DNA of 36,235 nucleotides, from NCBI GenBank assembly GCA_016839765.1, contig JAEOTP010000024.1, positions 1 to 36,235 of the forward strand, written 5' to 3'. The stretch is from Promethearchaeota archaeon (lineage in GTDB: Archaea; Asgardarchaeota; Lokiarchaeia; Sigyniarchaeales; SOKP01). Under the pieces are notes generated by a model. That model had not been told where the DNA came from and made no database searches. It was given only the letters and a program-made list of their open reading frames with translations. How positions within the stretch are numbered: position 1 is the first letter of the stretch; every line of letters starts with the position of its first letter. Positions 10,427 through 19,686 of the stretch are shown piece by piece. The position numbers and the translations under genes were made by a program.

Positions 10427-11140
10427 TTAGGATATTAAATTATTTTTTTTTAAAATCCAGTTTTCTATTAAAAAACTTTGAGCATTATTTTTCCTTGGAA
10501 TATATTGAGAATGAATAGTAGATTTAGGGATCCATGCTTCTTTATCAGAATGAAATTCAATTAAAATAGCCTTATTTGACACAGCTTTAATTAAACCCTC
10601 TATTTCAGTCATAATTGGAGCATTTTTCATAGAAGGTTGCTCCTCTATTGCCTCTTTATAAATATTGGGAAAAATATTCTCAGTACTTAAATTATGATTG
10701 AATTCATCTTGAAAGACAGGTTTAGATTTTTTTTTTGAAGATGTAGCATAGATTATTTTTTCGTTTAATATGTGAGTTAATAATAATCTTAAGATTTCTA
10801 CTTGAGCGAAATTGAGCATTTTTGAATAATCACTAATATTTATCCATAGAACATCCGTATTACTATCTTCCCAGCTAAATGAAATGTGGGTTTTTTTATT
10901 TTGATATGAATGATAATTTGTCCAATTTATTATTTTCCTATTTAATACCTGTAAAATCATAACAACTTCTTCTAAGGAGAATTTTATGGTTTTCCCCTCA
11001 TTAACAGAAGGCTTTTCCCAAACTCCATTAGGTTTTTTCTTTATACATTGAAAAAATACAAAATTTTTTGATCTTGATAAGGTTTTTACGATTATACCTG
11101 TATTTTGACCGAAGAAACTTTGAATATGTGAATCAACCAT
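10427..11140 (-). CDS. Hypothetical two-domain protein; N-terminal domain possibly a Whirly/PC4-like single-stranded nucleic-acid binder
   Basis: 237-aa ORF filling the gap. Shows a repeated beta-strands-then-helix pattern (WEK...TIKFSLEE...ILQVL; SKMLNFAQVEILRLLL) and a C-terminal KA.L..E.WIPKS..W domain. Function is inferred only. Confidence 0.75.
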   Translation of the reverse strand: MVDSHIQSFFGQNTGIIVKTLSRSKNFVFFQCIKKKPNGVWEKPSVNEGKTIKFSLEEVVMILQVLNRKIINWTNYHSYQNKKTHISFSWEDSNTDVLWINISDYSKMLNFAQVEILRLLLTHILNEKIIYATSSKKKSKPVFQDEFNHNLSTENIFPNIYKEAIEEQPSMKNAPIMTEIEGLIKAVSNKAILIEFHSDKEAWIPKSTIHSQYIPRKNNAQSFLIENWILKKNNLIS

Positions 11141-11312
11141 GATTCTCTAATGATTTATTTTGATTTTAATAAATTATGAATAGAATTATTTATAATTTAT
11201 TTTCATTTTAAATTAAAAAAACCCATTAAAACATCTAAAAAGGGTAAAGATTAAAATATAAAATAATTATAAAGATATATAGAAATTAGAATTTTTTCAT
11301 AGGAGCACGTAT

Positions 11313-11447
11313 AGCGGGGTGGGCTAGCCTGGTTTATGCCGCAGGGCTCATATATGGTTTTTCCCATCCATAGAGACACCCTGAGATCGTTCTTCCACGC
11401 TCGAAAGAACGGCAGACTCGTTCGTTCAAATCGAACCCCCGCTACCA
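11313..11447 (+). tRNA. Initiator tRNA-Met(CAT) with two introns (11353-11377 at 37/38; 11387-11417 in the variable loop, about 46/47); CCA encoded
   Basis: AGCGGGG/CCCCGCT acceptor stem with A1-U72, CAGGG/CCCTG anticodon stem with three G-C pairs, CAT at 11349-11351, T-arm GTTCG-TTCAAAT-CGAAC, ACCA end. Removing both inserts gives a standard cloverleaf. Confidence 0.93.
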
Positions 11448-11603
11448 TTTACTTATATTTTCAATAACCTTTTTTCAAATTGAAATTAATTTAATTTCAG
11501 GATTTCAATATAAAAATATTTATACTTTAATAGATACATCTTTATTTTTGAGAAATTTCATTTATTATAAAGTTAGGATTCTCAAATATTGGTATATAGT
11601 TCT

Positions 11604-12320
11604 ATGAGTGAATTTCAGAGAAGACGACTACCTGCTATTCGTTGTTGGATTAAACATCTCCTCGAAGGTCAATTTATGGATGAGAAAAATATGTTAAATA
11701 CTATTTTTGGGAGTGTTAAAAGAGTTCGCATTATAGGGACAATAGTTGGAAAGAAATTAAAAGTAATTAATCAGATGTCTAATAACGCAACTTCTCAATA
11801 TAATAATGAAATCTCAAATACAAGAATAGAGTTTGAGTTAGATGATGGTACAGGATTAATTCGAGCAAATATATGGAGAGCAAATCCAAAATCCCCTAAA
11901 GAGCTTAATAAAGGCGATTTAGTTGATATTATTGGGTTAATTAATTATAAATACGACAATCTCTCAATTTCAACTGAACTTATAAAAAAAATCGAAAATC
12001 CGAATAAATTATTATTAAGGAATGCGGAAATAATAAAGAAAATTAAATTTGGAAAAACAGATGTTTTTCAGGAAACGGAACATGAGAGATCTAACATTGA
12101 TTTATTATTATTTGAACAACCAACCAATAGTATAGATCAATTTAAGGAGAAGGTTTTTTCTATAATAGATCATTTTTCTCATAGTGGAAATGGTATAAGT
12201 TTTATAGATTTATTGAATAAGATAGAGATTTCTGAGGATAAGTTAAAGAGATATATAAGAGATTTAGAAATGGAATCCAAAATTTATCAATCAGAAGAAA
12301 ATTTTTACCAAACCTATTAA
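11604..12320 (+). CDS. RPA2/RPA32-like ssDNA-binding subunit (OB fold + C-terminal winged helix)
   Basis: VKRVRIIGTIV, F.LDDGTG.IRA..W, GDLVDIIG, and C-terminal GISF..L...L...I..LE.E.KIYQ. ATG at 11604 preferred over TTG at 11589. Confidence 0.85.
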   Translation: MSEFQRRRLPAIRCWIKHLLEGQFMDEKNMLNTIFGSVKRVRIIGTIVGKKLKVINQMSNNATSQYNNEISNTRIEFELDDGTGLIRANIWRANPKSPKELNKGDLVDIIGLINYKYDNLSISTELIKKIENPNKLLLRNAEIIKKIKFGKTDVFQETEHERSNIDLLLFEQPTNSIDQFKEKVFSIIDHFSHSGNGISFIDLLNKIEISEDKLKRYIRDLEMESKIYQSEENFYQTY

Positions 12321-12440
12321 AAAAGCCACTTATATGACTAAATTTTAATCTCTTATTCAAAAAAATCTTATTAAAAATAGCAAAATTATTTTTGAAACAG
12401 TTATTACTTATTTTATTGAATATAATTTAGGTTGATGTAG

Positions 12441-12854
12441 ATGGATTTAAATGATTATGAAAAACTTCTAGAAAGAGCATATGAAAATATACCAGAAAAT
12501 GTAAAAAAGCTTTCGAGATTTGAAATACCTAAAGTGCAAATAAGAATAGAGTCAAAAAACACATACATTATAAATTTTAATAGGATTATTAATACTCTAA
12601 ATCGAGATAGGCGTCATTTTTTAGGAATTTTTCTTAAGAAAGCAGGTACGATGGGTGAAATTCGTGGACAACAATTATTTTTAAAAGGCACATATAAAGA
12701 ACAAGTCTTAAATAGATTAATTGAGCAATATTCTAAAGCTTATGTATTATGTAAAATATGTAATAAACCAGATACTGAAATTCAGCGAGAAGGCAAAAAG
12801 GAATTCCTTAAATGTACCGCTTGTGGAGCAAGAGAAGAAATTAAAGAAAAATAA
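12441..12854 (+). CDS. eif2b: Translation initiation factor aIF2 beta subunit
   Basis: YEKLLERAYE.IP, RFEIP, T.I.NF..I...LNRD, YVLCKICNKPDT, LKCTACGA. Confidence 0.95.
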   Translation: MDLNDYEKLLERAYENIPENVKKLSRFEIPKVQIRIESKNTYIINFNRIINTLNRDRRHFLGIFLKKAGTMGEIRGQQLFLKGTYKEQVLNRLIEQYSKAYVLCKICNKPDTEIQREGKKEFLKCTACGAREEIKEK

Positions 12855-12871
12855 AATTTTAATTTAAAGCT

Positions 12872-13168
12872 ATGAGAGTATATCTTAAAATTCATATAAG
12901 AAATGAGATTGAAACTGTGGCCTGTTGTGATGAGTTACTATTAAATCAGATTTTCACTGAAGGTAACTTAAGAATTGATATTAATGAACAATTTTTTGGT
13001 GGTAATCTTATAGATATTGATGATGCTATAGAAATTTTAAAAGATGCCTCTTATTTCAATATTGTTGGAGAAAATATTATTAATAAAGTAATAGATCTTA
13101 AAATCCTTCCAAAGGAGGGTGTTCGTTCAATAAATGGCGTTCCAATGGCTTTAAAGATGATGTTTTGA
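12872..13168 (+). CDS. DUF424 family protein
   Basis: VACCDE.LL...F.EG..., FFGG, NIVGE, I.GVP.A; lies in its usual position between aIF2-beta and Nmd3. Confidence 0.88.
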   Translation: MRVYLKIHIRNEIETVACCDELLLNQIFTEGNLRIDINEQFFGGNLIDIDDAIEILKDASYFNIVGENIINKVIDLKILPKEGVRSINGVPMALKMMF

Positions 13169-14907
13169 TGCCTCATAGGTTTTGTGCTATATGTGGAAGA
13201 AATATAAAAAATGATTCACCTCATTTTGGAATGTGTCTTTCTTGCTTTTTGAAAGAACATCCATTATTTGAATTACCTATAAATTTTAATTTTAAAGTTT
13301 GTTTTGACTGTGGAAGTTATTCCAAGAAAGATAATTGGATTCCAATAGAAACAGATGACATTTTTTTTATTATTGAACATGCCATTTTTCGGTTTTTATT
13401 AAAAAGCTATATGAAAATAGAGAAAATTATATTTTCCATTGACTATGAGGAAAATAGTTTTATTTACTCTTCAAAAGATTTATTGACCTCTCTAGATGTT
13501 AAAATTAAAGGAGAACTAAAGGAAGATAAGAAAATAAGGTATGAACAAAAAGTAAGGATAAATATTAGTTATGATTTTTGTATTAATTGTTTAAATTTGA
13601 GAGGAGGTAAATATTATTTATCTGTACTACAATTACGAGTTATTAATGAAAAGTACTTTGATTTAATTAAACAAGTTTTAGATAGCATCCAAAAATTTGT
13701 TGAAAAACTATTTGAACGAGATAAAAAACAATACATTTCAAAAATAATAGATCAAAAGTATGGTATTGACCTTTTATTAAGTACTAATGAATTATTAAAC
13801 CATATTATTTCCTTTCTAAAGCCTAAATACCATTTCCTTCTAAAAAGAACTAAGAAATTAGTTGGTAGAGACATTCAAAAAGGGAAAAACCTATTTAGAT
13901 TAAAAGCTTTAGTAAAATTTTTACCTTTTAAAAAAAATGATACGATTAAGATTGAAAATGATAAATTTATTGTTGATAGCATAACTAAAAATAAAATTGT
14001 ATTAAGGAGCGAAGATAATTCAAAATTAGTAAAAAATTTTTCATTTTTCTTCAACAATAAAAATTTTATTAAGATTATTGGAGGAGATTACTTGAGTAAC
14101 GATAAGGAATTTGATAATAATTATTTAAATGATAATTTTAACTCTGATGTTGATGAATTAGAAAAAAAGAGCATAGATTTTAAAAGAATAAGGAAAATTG
14201 ATCAGACAAAAAAGAGAGCTACAGTAGATTCTGTATTTGATGAGCGAACAGTTTTTAATTTAAGTAAACTATTAATTAATGGTCCATTAGATAAGATTGA
14301 GGGAATTATTTCAGCAGGTAAGGAGGCTAATATTTATTTAGCTTATGATAAAGATGGTCGAGAGGTAGCAGTGAAAATTTATAAGATTGATAGTAATACT
14401 TCAAAATGGATGCGTAATTATATCATTGGAGATCCTCGATTTAAAAAGATACCTAATAACCCTTCAAAAATTATTTTTTTATGGGCAAGTAAAGAATTTA
14501 AAAATTTGAAGAGAGCATTTAAAGAAGGTTTAAGCGTACCAGAACCTATCCATATTAAGAATAATATATTAATAATGGAATATATTGGTTTTGAATCCAT
14601 CCCTGCACCTAAACTTAAAGATATCAAGAAACCAAAAAATCCAGAGGGTTTATTGAAACAAACTTTCACATTTATTAAGGAATTATATCAAAAAGCTAAT
14701 CTAGTGCATGGCGATTTGTCAGAATTCAACATCTTATATCATAATCAAAAACCCGTTTTTATTGATATCTCTCAAGCAGTTGATACTCAACACCCTAAAG
14801 CAGAGATTTATTTAGTAAGAGATATTAAAAATGTTACTAAATATTTCGAAAAATTGGGAGTTGAAGTTACAAATCAAGAAACTTTTTATTATGAAATAAT
14901 TAAATAG
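13168..14907 (+). CDS. Nmd3 (large-subunit maturation factor) fused in frame to Rio1 atypical kinase; the Rio1 part probably has its own TTG start at 14092
   Basis: N-terminal half has four CxxC pairs (CAIC, CLSC, CFDC, CINC), GGKYY.S.LQLR and GIDL. C-terminal half has ISAGKEANIY, AVKIY, Y..GDPRF, WA.KEF.NL, LVHGDLSEFNIL and IDISQAV...HP.A..YL.RDI.N. ATG at 13168 overlaps the DUF424 stop (TGATG). Confidence 0.9.
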   Translation: MPHRFCAICGRNIKNDSPHFGMCLSCFLKEHPLFELPINFNFKVCFDCGSYSKKDNWIPIETDDIFFIIEHAIFRFLLKSYMKIEKIIFSIDYEENSFIYSSKDLLTSLDVKIKGELKEDKKIRYEQKVRINISYDFCINCLNLRGGKYYLSVLQLRVINEKYFDLIKQVLDSIQKFVEKLFERDKKQYISKIIDQKYGIDLLLSTNELLNHIISFLKPKYHFLLKRTKKLVGRDIQKGKNLFRLKALVKFLPFKKNDTIKIENDKFIVDSITKNKIVLRSEDNSKLVKNFSFFFNNKNFIKIIGGDYLSNDKEFDNNYLNDNFNSDVDELEKKSIDFKRIRKIDQTKKRATVDSVFDERTVFNLSKLLINGPLDKIEGIISAGKEANIYLAYDKDGREVAVKIYKIDSNTSKWMRNYIIGDPRFKKIPNNPSKIIFLWASKEFKNLKRAFKEGLSVPEPIHIKNNILIMEYIGFESIPAPKLKDIKKPKNPEGLLKQTFTFIKELYQKANLVHGDLSEFNILYHNQKPVFIDISQAVDTQHPKAEIYLVRDIKNVTKYFEKLGVEVTNQETFYYEIIK

Positions 14908-14922
14908 ATATTTACTACTAAA

Positions 14923-15492
14923 TTGGATGGCAAAATGAAGATTGGAAAAAATAGAATTGCTGTAATTATTGGTAAAGGTGGAGAAACTAAAAAAACAATT
15001 GAAGATGCTCTAAGTGTGAAAATTGTATTAGACAGTAAAACAGGAGATTGTGAAATAAAACCAATAATAGAAAGTCCTCAGTATAATCCTTTAAATGTTC
15101 TTACTGCAGAAAAAATTATAAATGCAATTAATAGGGGTTTCAATCCCGTAAAAGCTATGAAATTAATAGAGGTTACATTTGATCTTCAGATATTCAATCT
15201 TTATGATATTTTAGGAAAATCTGAGAAAAAAGTAAAAAGAATGAAAGGAAGGATAATTGGAAGGGGAGGTGAAATGAGAAAAGCGATAGAGAGATATGCT
15301 GAAAGTTTTATCTCCGTTTATGGTAAGACTATATCAATAATAGCAGATTATGAAAATTTACAAATATCAAGAAAAGCAGTAAATATGTTATTAAGCGGAG
15401 TCCCACATCATACTGTGTTAAGATTTTTAGAAAATAAATACAATGAGAAAAAAAGAGAAGAATTCCGAAAATTGTATAAACCTCAATTTTAA
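14923..15492 (+). CDS. KH-domain pre-rRNA processing protein Dim2/Pno1 (Krr1 family)
   Basis: R...IIGKGGETK, AI.RGF.P.KA, R.KGRIIGR.G..R..IE, VYGKTISII, G.PH..V; directly follows Rio1 as in the conserved archaeal operon. Confidence 0.93.
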   Translation: MDGKMKIGKNRIAVIIGKGGETKKTIEDALSVKIVLDSKTGDCEIKPIIESPQYNPLNVLTAEKIINAINRGFNPVKAMKLIEVTFDLQIFNLYDILGKSEKKVKRMKGRIIGRGGEMRKAIERYAESFISVYGKTISIIADYENLQISRKAVNMLLSGVPHHTVLRFLENKYNEKKREEFRKLYKPQF

Positions 15493-15854
15493 AGGAATTT
15501 TTTGTTGAATTCTCTTATAAGGTCATTAGCAATATCTTTCCCATAAATAATTTCTTTAATTTCGTATATTAGTTCATTTAAATTATAAATATTTTGATTA
15601 AAGTAAAGTTCTTTGAAGATTTCCTTGTTTTCACAGTTAAAATGAATTTCAAAACTTTTAATTGAATAGAAATTTAACTCATAAGGTTTAAAAATAACAA
15701 TATATCTCGGATATAAGTTTTTCTCTCTTAAAGAAATAGCCCATCCTTCTTGATAATAATTAATTTTAATAGAAAATAACTCTCTCCATGTATCAAGAAA
15801 GTTTAAAATATCATTAATCTGATTTTGTGTGTTAGAAGAATACTTCTTTTCCAT
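15489..15854 (-). CDS. Hypothetical protein
   Basis: 121-aa ORF filling the gap between Dim2 and ftsZ, with a 4-nt stop overlap with Dim2; no recognisable motif. Confidence 0.7.
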   Translation of the reverse strand: MEKKYSSNTQNQINDILNFLDTWRELFSIKINYYQEGWAISLREKNLYPRYIVIFKPYELNFYSIKSFEIHFNCENKEIFKELYFNQNIYNLNELIYEIKEIIYGKDIANDLIREFNKKFL

Positions 15855-15902
15855 ATAAAAGAGTATATAAAGGAGTTTATAAAGAGAAATTAAATTTTTG
15901 AT

Positions 15903-17009
15903 TTAATCAAAAGCTATCTCTCCAATATTAAAAATATCATCAGATAAACCTATCTTCTGTTTTTGGGTTTGCTTACTAGGAATCGGTGAGTTATAGTCAT
16001 TATCTTTACCAAAAATTTGTGGGGATTTGATACCTGTTATTAGAAGCATAACTCTTAAATATCCATCATATTCATCATTTACCCTTGCACCCCATATTAC
16101 CATTGAATCATTTACATCCATTTTTTCTGTAATTTTTTTCGCTACTGAATTTGCTTCTGCTAAAGTCATATCGTTTCCACCACAAATATGAATTAGAGCA
16201 CCTCTTGCTCCGTCGATAGAAACATCTAATAATGGGGAACTAAGAGCATCTTCGATTGCCTCATTAACACGATTTTCTTTATTCCCAGATTCACCAACAC
16301 CCACGATTGCTACCCCTCCTGTGCTTAATATGGTTCGAACGTCAGCAAAATCTAAATTTATTAATGAAGGAAGCGAAATTGTTTCAGTGATCCCTTTAAC
16401 CATTGTAGCTAAGACTTCATCTGCTACACTAAAAGCTTCTATAATTGGTAGATCAGGTGCTATTTCTAATAAACGATTATTATCAATTACAACTAAAGTG
16501 TCTGCATATTTCTTTAATTCATTTAAACCTATTTGAGCTTTTTCAATACGACCAATTTCTGTATCAAAGGGTAAAGTAACAACACCAACCACAATGGCAC
16601 CTTCTAGTTTAGCAATTTCCGCTACAATTGGAGCACTTCCAGTACCAGTTCCGCCACCTTCTCCGCAGGTTATGAATACTAAATTTGATTCTCTTAATAC
16701 TTTTGTTAAGTCTTCTCTTGATTCTTCAGCGGCAGCGTGTCCTATTTCTGGATTCCCTCCTGCCCCCAATCCTCTTGTTAAATTCTTCCCTATTAAAATC
16801 TTTATATGAGCCTCAACCATATCTAAATGTTGACAATCAGTATTAATCGCTACGCATTTTGCACCGCGAATACCAATTTTCATCAATCTATCAATAGTAT
16901 TGTTTCCAGCACCACCACAACCTATAATTTTTATATTGGCATATCCTAAATTTTCTTTAATTGGTCTAACCATTTCTCTTTTTCGACCAGTTCTTATTAA
17001 CGATTCCAT
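15903..17009 (-). CDS. ftsZ: Cell division protein FtsZ
   Basis: GCGGAGNN, NTD, T.GLGAGG.PE.G, GGGTGTG tubulin signature, INLDFADV T7 loop, SPLL, VIWGA. Confidence 0.96.
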   Translation of the reverse strand: MESLIRTGRKREMVRPIKENLGYANIKIIGCGGAGNNTIDRLMKIGIRGAKCVAINTDCQHLDMVEAHIKILIGKNLTRGLGAGGNPEIGHAAAEESREDLTKVLRESNLVFITCGEGGGTGTGSAPIVAEIAKLEGAIVVGVVTLPFDTEIGRIEKAQIGLNELKKYADTLVVIDNNRLLEIAPDLPIIEAFSVADEVLATMVKGITETISLPSLINLDFADVRTILSTGGVAIVGVGESGNKENRVNEAIEDALSSPLLDVSIDGARGALIHICGGNDMTLAEANSVAKKITEKMDVNDSMVIWGARVNDEYDGYLRVMLLITGIKSPQIFGKDNDYNSPIPSKQTQKQKIGLSDDIFNIGEIAFD

Positions 17010-17115
17010 TTATGGTATGCTCTTAGTTTAATTATATCTTACTGAAATAATATAACTGAAAAATTAGAATTAATATAATATGCACATATTATCTCCAGAA
17101 TATGACTCAATTATA

Positions 17116-18336
17116 TTAAACTAATGAGAAATCATGATCGATAACTGTATTAAATATTTGTTCAACATCTTTGTTTTTTACAAGGAAAATATTAGGTAAA
17201 CCATAAGGAAAGCGATTAGAAAAAGTTAAAGTATAAGCACCTACATTGGTTATTAAAACTATCTCTTCTTCATTGAATTCTTTAGTGAAGAAATAATCTT
17301 TAGCTAATACATCTTGATCTGTGGGAATAATCCCTCCAATTGACGTTTTGTATTTATGCGGACTATTAATTTGTGATGCATTATAAAATCTTAAAGAGCA
17401 TTTAGCAAATTTAGGACAAATATGGTTTCCTATATCTAAAAAAATCCATCTATTGTCTGTTTTATTAACTATTTTAGCAATAATCAGTCCAGAGTCTCCA
17501 ACAAAATACCTACCTGGTTCTAAATAAATATTTTTTCTATCTAAATTATAATTCACCAGTTGGCGCTTAATATTAAGTGCCAGCTTTTCTAATTGTTTTT
17601 CTGACATAATAGTCGCTTCAGGGAATCCGCCTCCTAAGTTAATATTCATGGGATTTAATCCTTGTCCTGAAAGAAGATGAAAAGCATTAGCTAAAGTTTT
17701 TACATTTTTATTAAATTGCTCTAAACTATTCATTTGAGTTGTATAGTGGGATAGGATGGTAGTAACTTTAATATTTTTATAATTCTTCACAAAACTCACT
17801 AATTCAATTAAACTTTTATTAGTTAACTGAATTCCTAATTTGCTTTCAAATTTTGAGGATCTTATTCTTAAACATATATTCTGAATTTTATTCAACTTTT
17901 TTGCAATATAATCTATTTGCTTTAGATATTTGATATTATAAACAATTATTTCTTTTACTCCTTTATCGACGCTCATTTCAATTAGTTCTTTTGTTAGATA
18001 TGGTCCTCCTATAATAATTTTTTCAGGAGGAAAACCTATTTCTAAAGCTAACTTAAGTTCTGGCAATCCAACTAATTCAGCGCCTATTCCTTCAGAATGA
18101 ATTATTTTACAAATTTCTGGAAGAAAATTAGCTTTAAATGAATAGAAAACCTGGACATTATCAAAAAGAGACTTAAATACTCTAGTTAAGGTCCTAACAT
18201 TATCTCTAATCTTGTTTTCCAAAAATATAAAAAATGGGGTTTTTGACCTTCCTAACAGATTAGAAAGGCTTATCGAATCTATTAAAATATCATTATCTTC
18301 TTTGATTAAATAAGGATTACCAGCAATTTTTTTCAT
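17116..18336 (-). CDS. Fold-III PLP-dependent enzyme (LysA/ornithine decarboxylase family), divergent
   Basis: YSFKAN (PLP lysine), NLGGGF, EPGRY.V and GAY are present; the usual GPxCxxxD appears as GIIPTDQD. Confidence 0.85.
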   Translation of the reverse strand: MKKIAGNPYLIKEDNDILIDSISLSNLLGRSKTPFFIFLENKIRDNVRTLTRVFKSLFDNVQVFYSFKANFLPEICKIIHSEGIGAELVGLPELKLALEIGFPPEKIIIGGPYLTKELIEMSVDKGVKEIIVYNIKYLKQIDYIAKKLNKIQNICLRIRSSKFESKLGIQLTNKSLIELVSFVKNYKNIKVTTILSHYTTQMNSLEQFNKNVKTLANAFHLLSGQGLNPMNINLGGGFPEATIMSEKQLEKLALNIKRQLVNYNLDRKNIYLEPGRYFVGDSGLIIAKIVNKTDNRWIFLDIGNHICPKFAKCSLRFYNASQINSPHKYKTSIGGIIPTDQDVLAKDYFFTKEFNEEEIVLITNVGAYTLTFSNRFPYGLPNIFLVKNKDVEQIFNTVIDHDFSLV

Positions 18337-19637
18337 TTTAATTCATTAGATATAATTAATTTTTGATAAAGTTCATTAGTCTTTTTAGCTATAGCATCCC
18401 ATTTATGACTTTCAAATACCTTTTTCTTTCCTTGTGACCCTAGGGCGTTTTTTATTCTCTTTTTCTTTAAGAGATAAATTATTTTCTCTGCAATGTCAAT
18501 ATGATTGTCAAACTCTACTAATAATCCATCTATATTATTTCTTATAACTTCAGGAGTCGCTCCAATATTCGCTCCTATAACTGGTTTTCCTGAAGCCCAT
18601 GCTTCTAAAAATGCAATACCAAAAGCATCACTTCTACTTGGCATCACATATAAATCAGTTTCTATGAACGCAGCAATCTTTTTTTTATCATAATATCCAG
18701 TAAGATTATCAGGTGTAAAGTTTATGATTCGTAGATTCTTCATTTTTTGTATCTTTGAAAGTTCCATGTTAAAAGCAGTAGTTGATGGGCCAATAAATAC
18801 GAAATAGATTTTACTATACTTCTTAATAATAAATGGGATCGCTTTTAAAATCGATATTGCTCCTTTCTCATAGTTTTTATAACCACAGAACAGAACCATC
18901 TTAAATTTCTTTTCATTAGGTTTAAAAAATTTTTGCTTAAAGTTATAGAATTCCGTACTATTAGGATTTATATTAAATTTTTCATAATCTACTCCCATTG
19001 GAATAACTTCTATAGATGAATTTGGGATTTCCAATAATGTGATTAATTTTCTCTTTTCCAGATTTGTACATGCTATTAATTTATCAAATTTCTTTAATAC
19101 GCTTAATAAATCTGAATTTAAATATCTAGGATTAGAAAAGTGAAAAAAAGGAGTACAAATAGTTGGTTTATATGTTAGTTTCCCTAATATTAAACTAATT
19201 ATAAGATTAAAGTAGGGATAAAAAGTAGTATGGATTAAATCATAATTTTGATTTTTACTATTTAAAAAAAAATTGATCAAATCATACAGATATGGACCAT
19301 TTTTTAGATATGCTTTTAGTGAGTCATCAGATATATCTAATATTCTATAAGCAGGAATTTTTTTTATTTTTTTTATCTTATCATTAAGTGAATTATTATA
19401 ATTTATAGAATAACGATTAATACTCAAATTATTCACGTTATTGAAATATTTATCATTACTTTTAATGACTTTTCCTTTAGAATCTCTTAAACTTTTAAAA
19501 TCTATTCCATCTGATGTAAAAATATCTATCGTATACTTATATTTAGATATTAATATCTCTGCCATTCGTTGAAAATAGAATTCTGCTCCTGAAATCGCTG
19601 GGTAGTATCTCGTTGGTAAATATAAAATCTTACTCAA
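18333..19637 (-). CDS. Glycosyltransferase family 4 (GT-B)
   Basis: YYP.ISGAE, IPMGVD, EKG, PSRSDAFGIAFLEAWASGKPVI, E.I....DGLLV; stop overlaps the next gene's start (ATGA). Confidence 0.92.
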   Translation of the reverse strand: MSKILYLPTRYYPAISGAEFYFQRMAEILISKYKYTIDIFTSDGIDFKSLRDSKGKVIKSNDKYFNNVNNLSINRYSINYNNSLNDKIKKIKKIPAYRILDISDDSLKAYLKNGPYLYDLINFFLNSKNQNYDLIHTTFYPYFNLIISLILGKLTYKPTICTPFFHFSNPRYLNSDLLSVLKKFDKLIACTNLEKRKLITLLEIPNSSIEVIPMGVDYEKFNINPNSTEFYNFKQKFFKPNEKKFKMVLFCGYKNYEKGAISILKAIPFIIKKYSKIYFVFIGPSTTAFNMELSKIQKMKNLRIINFTPDNLTGYYDKKKIAAFIETDLYVMPSRSDAFGIAFLEAWASGKPVIGANIGATPEVIRNNIDGLLVEFDNHIDIAEKIIYLLKKKRIKNALGSQGKKKVFESHKWDAIAKKTNELYQKLIISNELK

Positions 19638-19686
19638 ATTAATGATCCTTATTACTAATTATTGCTAATAATAATATGAATTACAT

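Noticed and set aside
11251-11448. 65-aa minus-strand ORF
   Set aside because: It is the antisense of the initiator tRNA gene.
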